DNA of 64,000 nucleotides. Origin: Poseidonia sp. Lineage in GTDB: Archaea; Thermoplasmatota; Poseidoniia; Poseidoniales; Poseidoniaceae. The notes beneath the pieces were generated by a model that saw only the letters and a program-made list of their open reading frames with translations, was not told the origin of the DNA and ran no database searches. Made by a program: the position numbers and the translations under genes. The DNA is taken from NCBI GenBank assembly GCA_049412325.1, contig JBMSEL010000004.1, positions 11,075-75,074 on the forward strand, written 5' to 3'. Positions 59,255-64,000 of this stretch are shown here, piece by piece; position 1 is the stretch's first letter; every line of letters begins with the position of its first letter.

Positions 59255-59272
59255 ATGGAACGTTCGTTCCAT
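59255..59272. promoter_or_regulatory. Palindrome ATGGAACG-TT-CGTTCCAT between a TATA-like box and the smc start codon
   Basis: 8-bp perfect arms, 17 nt upstream of the smc ATG (59238). A TATA-like 'TTGTTTAAAA' (minus strand, about 59301-59310) lies further upstream. Confidence 0.3.
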
Positions 59273-59372
59273 CACTTTCCCCCCACCCATGCTTGAGGGG
59301 TTTTAAACAATCCGAAAAAACAGGGCTCAGTACCACGGTTTTGAGGGGTGGAATTTGAGCGCCGAAGGGGGC

Positions 59373-60125
59373 TCAAAACACACCGTGATTGTTGCACTTC
59401 TTACATCCTGCACCTTGACAGTAGGGACAGGTGGCCATGACCAGCAAGTTGCTTCGGCGCCGGCTCATGGCGAGGTCCTTGTCGGACCTGAGGAAACGAG
59501 AGCGCTCGGAGCGATCAAGTGTTTTCTGACTGTGTTTCTCTTTGTCAAAGAACGATGAGCGGAACACACCTGCTTTTTCGCGACGCCGTTCCAATTTATC
59601 TCGGGTTTGTGCAACAGCCTCGGCCTCCCAATATTTTGGCCCACGAATCATCAGGACGCCGATCACAGCGAACATGATTTGCACCACCCATCCAGCCACG
59701 GGGAACGGGAACAACGCTGCCAAACCGTCAGAACTGGCCGATGTTGGCAAGAGCGTGAGTCGGTCCAATACGGCGAGGGTGCAAAGAACGCAACCCATCA
59801 TGAATCCGGCTTTCCGAAGTCGTCGGGCCCAGCCCTTGTTTTGTGGCAGTTCAAAGCCGTATACGAACAAAAAGAGACCTTCCATCATCATCAGCAGGTC
59901 GGCACCCGACCATTGACCAACTTCGCCAAGACAGTAGGAGGTGCCACTTGAGCGCAGTTCTTCCTCAATCGCATCAAACGAGCAACTCGGCTCAAACATC
60001 AACAACGCATCGAGCTTGTAGCCCTCCGCACCATCAATGACACGAGGCGCCACGCTACCAAATTGGACGTTGGCGATAACGAACAGCATCATCACCGCCC
60101 CAAAGACGGTGAGAATTTTTCGCAT
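59373..60125 (-). CDS. Polytopic membrane protein ending in a DnaJ-type CxxCxGxG zinc knuckle
   Basis: ATG at 60125 ('MRKILTVFGAVMMLFVIA'). About 5 TM helices, a basic linker and an extreme C-terminus 'CPYCQGAGCKKCNNHGVF'. Confidence 0.5.
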   Translation of the reverse strand: MRKILTVFGAVMMLFVIANVQFGSVAPRVIDGAEGYKLDALLMFEPSCSFDAIEEELRSSGTSYCLGEVGQWSGADLLMMMEGLFLFVYGFELPQNKGWARRLRKAGFMMGCVLCTLAVLDRLTLLPTSASSDGLAALFPFPVAGWVVQIMFAVIGVLMIRGPKYWEAEAVAQTRDKLERRREKAGVFRSSFFDKEKHSQKTLDRSERSRFLRSDKDLAMSRRRSNLLVMATCPYCQGAGCKKCNNHGVF

Positions 60126-60262
60126 CGAAAGTCCAAACACCGGGAATCCTCGTCCATCCCACCCGTCGCCAATTGATAGGGATTGCGAGACAAAGGAACA
60201 GGCCATGCGTCCATCATCGTCAAGAAGGGGGAAGGTGAGGGGAACGTGCAGGAGAGCAGGAC

Positions 60263-61897
60263 ATGGCCCACATCGCCATCATCGGCAGCGGCATTGCAGG
60301 CTTGTTTGCCGCAAGCCAACTGGCTGATGCAGGTCATGATGTCACGGTGGTCACGAAGAAAAGGCCCAAAGATTCCTCAACGAACTGGGCACAGGGCGGC
60401 GTGGCTGCTATTCTGGACAAAACCAACCTCGAAGGGATGGAATCGCATGTCCAAGACACCCTCCGGTCGGGAGGCGGTGTCTGCGATGAAGCCGTGGTTC
60501 GCTCCATCATCAGCGAAGCCGGTGAGCGCATCATGGACCTCATTCGCATCGGCGTCGAATTTGAGAAAGATGAGGATGGAACATACGCCTTGATTCGTGA
60601 GGGGGGGCATTCCAACAAGCGCATTCTTCACGCCAAGGACGCTACGGGAAAGGAAATCGAGCGAGCCCTCACCGCTTATGCCCGTAAGCATTCAAAGATC
60701 AGACTCAAGCCGAATACACTCGCCATCGACCTGATTCAACGCCAACATGGGCGCCCAGAACATGGTGTGGCCGGCGTATGGTGCCTTGACCAGGATTCAC
60801 AGGCCGTCATCACGCTGGAGGCCGATGCCATCGTGCTCGCCACGGGCGGTGTTGGCCGATTATGGGAACAAACCACCAACCCAGATGTAGCCACGGGAGA
60901 CGGGTTGGCCATGGCCTATAGAACAGGTGCTTCCGTGGACAATTTGGCCTACATCCAATTCCATCCAACCGCCCTTGCCTCGCCTTCACCTCGCCCGTTC
61001 CTCATCTCCGAAGCCTTGCGTGGCGTTGGTGCCGTTTTGCTCGACGACGAAGGCCTGGCTGCATGGACGGCGGCTTGCGAGGTGGCCAAGGAACGTGGTG
61101 AGGACGAGCCCTCGCCTTCGTCGTATTCGTTCACCCTCGAATACACGCCGGCTGGCTCCTTGGCGACAAGGGACATCGTGGCACGGGCCATTGACCAGCA
61201 GATGAAGAAGCACGGCACGTCCCACGTTCACCTCATCACGTCGCATCTCGACCTTCCATGGCAGGAAAAGTTCCCTACCATTGCTCGCCGGTTGGACCAG
61301 GAGGGGCTTCAACTCGGAACAGATCCAATTCCCGTGGTTCCCGCCGCGCACTACATGGTGGGAGGCGTTCGTGTCGATGACATCGGGCGGGCCTTCCTGC
61401 ATGGCACCACTGAGCCGATGCCGCACCTCTACGCCATCGGCGAGGTCGCCTGTACTGGCATGCACGGCGCCAACCGTTTGGCATCCAACAGCCTGCTCGA
61501 AGCGGTCGTCTATGCTCAACGTGTGGCCCAGCATCTCATTCAATACCCGCCACCAGCCTACGAAGGAAGCCACCCTGCATGGCGTGCAGACGGCTTAGGC
61601 GCCTTGCGGGAGCACGCACCCATCAATCACGACCGGACCAGCCTGGTCCGTACCATGACCAAAGAAGTGGGCATTGTCCGTTCAAACCACCGACTGAAGC
61701 GAGCACAACGCCGCCTTAACTTGATTCAGAATGAGGTCGATATGATGTGGCAGACCGCCCGTCCAACCCGAGAAATCGTTGAATTGCGTAATTTATGCTT
61801 AATCGGTCAGCTCGTTGTCGAGGACGCCTTGAACCAGACTGAAAACAAGGGATTGCACTACAACGTCGACTTGCTTAAGGATGGCACGCCTGAATGA
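60263..61897 (+). CDS. nadB: L-aspartate oxidase
   Basis: FAD motif 'IIGSGIAGL', 'WAQGGVAA', 'HPTAL', 'SEALRGVGA' and 'LYAIGEVACTGMHGANRLASNSLLE'. Confidence 0.9.
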   Translation: MAHIAIIGSGIAGLFAASQLADAGHDVTVVTKKRPKDSSTNWAQGGVAAILDKTNLEGMESHVQDTLRSGGGVCDEAVVRSIISEAGERIMDLIRIGVEFEKDEDGTYALIREGGHSNKRILHAKDATGKEIERALTAYARKHSKIRLKPNTLAIDLIQRQHGRPEHGVAGVWCLDQDSQAVITLEADAIVLATGGVGRLWEQTTNPDVATGDGLAMAYRTGASVDNLAYIQFHPTALASPSPRPFLISEALRGVGAVLLDDEGLAAWTAACEVAKERGEDEPSPSSYSFTLEYTPAGSLATRDIVARAIDQQMKKHGTSHVHLITSHLDLPWQEKFPTIARRLDQEGLQLGTDPIPVVPAAHYMVGGVRVDDIGRAFLHGTTEPMPHLYAIGEVACTGMHGANRLASNSLLEAVVYAQRVAQHLIQYPPPAYEGSHPAWRADGLGALREHAPINHDRTSLVRTMTKEVGIVRSNHRLKRAQRRLNLIQNEVDMMWQTARPTREIVELRNLCLIGQLVVEDALNQTENKGLHYNVDLLKDGTPE

Positions 61898-62807
61898 GCG
61901 AGGCCAACATCTGATTGATGGGAACGGAAAGTCCGTGCTCCTCTGCAAGCGAAACGACCGCCTGATTAAGGGCGGATATTTCCGTGGCTCTTCCCATCTT
62001 GAGATCTTGCAGCATGCTGCAGGTGTTGTCCGAAGTTTGCTCCAGCACCTCTCTGAGACGAGCCTCAAACACCGGTTCCTCAGGAAGGGACACACGTTCC
62101 ATGGCTGCCACTTGTGCTGCCTCTCGGTACACCATCATGCACGCATTGAACAGACCGCTCTCGAGCAGTTCACCGTTGGTCAACCCTGCCAGAGCAGCGA
62201 TGGGATTGATGGCGAGGTTGAGAACGACTTTCTCCCAGATCAAGCCGGCAGCGTCCTCATGGAGATACGGATTCAAACCTGCTGTTTCGAGAAGCGCAAG
62301 GGCCTGCTCAACCCGTGCTGCATCAGGCCCGAGCGGAGGCGCTGCTAACCCGATGCCACCGAAGCCGGCCCACACCACGCTTTCAGCCGAAGCGTATGCT
62401 CCGTGGGTGGTGCTCGCTGCAAGAACGGCTCCTGGGCCGTGAACTCGAGTCAAAGCCTCCACATGACCCAGGCCGTTGCACAAAGCCATGACCACCCCCC
62501 CCGTCTTGAGGAACTGGGCAGCCGTTTGGGCCAACTGAGGCACAGCGCTTGATTTACAGGCGAGGATCACGAGATCTGAACGTTGGACCAATCCACCATC
62601 GATGGGCAGTTCTTCACATGAAAACAGAAAACGATCGGCGGTTGGTTTGAATGCTTGATGGCCAGATACGCAGAGGCCTTGCACCATTTGGACCGCTCCT
62701 CGTTCACCGCGTACATGGAGATGAAGTTCCACGTCCGTTGTTGCCAAAGCCGCCGCCACCACCGAACCGATGGCGCCAACCCCGAGCACAGAAACACGAA
62801 TCCCCAT
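61875..62807 (-). CDS. panE: 2-dehydropantoate 2-reductase (ketopantoate reductase, PanE/ApbA family)
   Basis: 'VSVLGVGAIGSVVAAAL' Rossmann motif, 'WEKVVLNLAINPIAAL' and 'SMLQDLKMGRATEISALNQAVV'. I chose the ATG at 62807. The 3' end overlaps nadB by 23 nt. Confidence 0.8.
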   Translation of the reverse strand: MGIRVSVLGVGAIGSVVAAALATTDVELHLHVRGERGAVQMVQGLCVSGHQAFKPTADRFLFSCEELPIDGGLVQRSDLVILACKSSAVPQLAQTAAQFLKTGGVVMALCNGLGHVEALTRVHGPGAVLAASTTHGAYASAESVVWAGFGGIGLAAPPLGPDAARVEQALALLETAGLNPYLHEDAAGLIWEKVVLNLAINPIAALAGLTNGELLESGLFNACMMVYREAAQVAAMERVSLPEEPVFEARLREVLEQTSDNTCSMLQDLKMGRATEISALNQAVVSLAEEHGLSVPINQMLASLIQACHP

Positions 62808-62811
62808 CACC

Positions 62812-64000
62812 TCATTGATAACTGGAAAGATGGAGAACGACGGAGCCCGCTTCGTAGGAAAGCCACATCGTAGCCAGAGGAGCGTCGGGAGGCACGAGCT
62901 CAAAGGAGGTCGCTCCCGGCGAAAGAGGGGTGCCGTCCCAATCATGGCCCCAGTCTTCCCCGAAACTTCCACCTCGGTCAAGGCGGAAGGGAACACTGGT
63001 GTTGGTCGGGTTGTGGAGGGTAAAGGACGTCATGCCTTCATTGAGGACAGAACCGTTGGATGCGATGGCCCAGGGCATTGTCCAAAATCGTGAGGTGGAG
63101 CCCATCCATGTGGCCAATAATTCAGGCCCTTCCATGACCGTAAACGAAAGCGAAGGATACGGATTGTACATCTCCTTGCACAACGACATGTTGGCTCCGT
63201 CGGGCATGAGCAACGTCAGGTTCTGTTCCGCTTCAACCGCCGGGAGGTCACCAGATGAACGCACCTCAAAGTCCCAAATCCACGGGCTGCTGTCTTGGGG
63301 TCGGGCCGGGGTGCTGATGCTGGCGTTGATGGAGCAATGCGCAGCGTTCATGCTCAACACACCACCTTCTCCGAGCAAGGCTTCCCAAGAACTGCCGGCC
63401 TGTGATTGAACGATCCAGCCTTCTGCTGGAACATGGGCCACCAGCGGCCGGCGAGATGGGAGAAGAGGCGAAAAGGTGTCGTTGTTGAGGGTGAGTGACG
63501 CCATGGAGGCATCGAACACAAGCGGGTCCAATCCCTGAAGACACAGCGTCTCAGGAACTTCGTCCAAGGACATGTTCAATCCCTCGGCGCCGACCAGGCT
63601 GACCAGTTGTGTCTGGACCTCGGCCGAGATGCCACCGGCCACCGAGATGTTGAGCATGGACGATTCGAGGAGGTCACCGGACAAGGCCACGCAACGATGA
63701 ACATAGGCACCCACTTCAACGTCGTACCAACTCGCATCGGGTACCACCTCAATGGCGGGCCTTACAGAGACCGGAACAACATCATACTCGCCGTTCATGG
63801 AAACGACATAGCTCACATTCGCATGGGTTGGTTGCATTGGCCCGTTCCATGTGAGATTCATCCAGAAGAACGCCGTTCGTTTTGGTAGCAAGTCGGCACC
63901 GCAACCGTCGCCATCGAGGCCGTAGGTGGTTTCACCATCACAATTCCACGAAACACTCCAACCTTGACCGGGGTGTTCAAGGTAAGCACCAACTGCATAG
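62812..64000 (-). CDS. Hypothetical, probably extracellular, protein; 5' end lies beyond the window
   Basis: The frame stays open from the track's TTG (63891) up to base 64000. The upstream translation '...GQGWSVSWNCDGETTYGLDGDGCGAD...' looks coding. The protein is Ser/Thr/Asn/Trp-rich and beta-rich. Confidence 0.5.
   Translation of the reverse strand, partial: YAVGAYLEHPGQGWSVSWNCDGETTYGLDGDGCGADLLPKRTAFFWMNLTWNGPMQPTHANVSYVVSMNGEYDVVPVSVRPAIEVVPDASWYDVEVGAYVHRCVALSGDLLESSMLNISVAGGISAEVQTQLVSLVGAEGLNMSLDEVPETLCLQGLDPLVFDASMASLTLNNDTFSPLLPSRRPLVAHVPAEGWIVQSQAGSSWEALLGEGGVLSMNAAHCSINASISTPARPQDSSPWIWDFEVRSSGDLPAVEAEQNLTLLMPDGANMSLCKEMYNPYPSLSFTVMEGPELLATWMGSTSRFWTMPWAIASNGSVLNEGMTSFTLHNPTNTSVPFRLDRGGSFGEDWGHDWDGTPLSPGATSFELVPPDAPLATMWLSYEAGSVVLHLSSYQ

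Overview
Gene-dense chromosomal segment of about 55 CDS. I found no rRNA, tRNA, CRISPR array, transposase, integrase or intein. The organism reads as an archaeon. Evidence: RPA plus an RPA-associated OB-fold protein, Hel308, Cgi121, Orc1/Cdc6, ribosomal protein S6e, aIF2-gamma, a COG1412-type PIN protein, Dph2, archaeal-type Hpt and DUF357. These sit beside genes of bacterial flavour: GyrA/GyrB, class II HMG-CoA reductase, a class II CCA-adding enzyme, TldD/PmbA and SMC-ScpA-ScpB. That mix, a GC content in the mid-50s % (by eye, not computed), many large secreted PKD/peptidase proteins and very tight gene packing fit a marine planktonic Thermoplasmatota-like lineage such as Marine Group II/III. 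This placement is inference and no search was run. Translation signals are visible directly: many genes carry a GGAGGTGA-type Shine-Dalgarno inside the preceding gene, and several use GTG or TTG starts. Other genes have a TATA-like box about 25-30 nt upstream of the ATG, suggesting leaderless transcripts. Most interesting items: (1) a phased array of ATTAACGC motifs with a perfect 12-bp palindrome in the 52.0-52.1 kb divergent intergenic region; (2) the adjacent, translationally coupled, uncharacterised three-gene operon (degenerate AAA+/wHTH protein, beta-propeller protein, DUF357); (3) a tightly packed co-directional run from RPA through a pilin-less type-IV-pilus-like motor (split TadB/TadC-like platform plus VirB11/FlaI-type ATPase); (4) a thymidylate kinase fused to an unknown domain of about 250 aa; (5) an island of surface-anchored proteases. 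All family calls come from motif recognition by eye and none is a database result.
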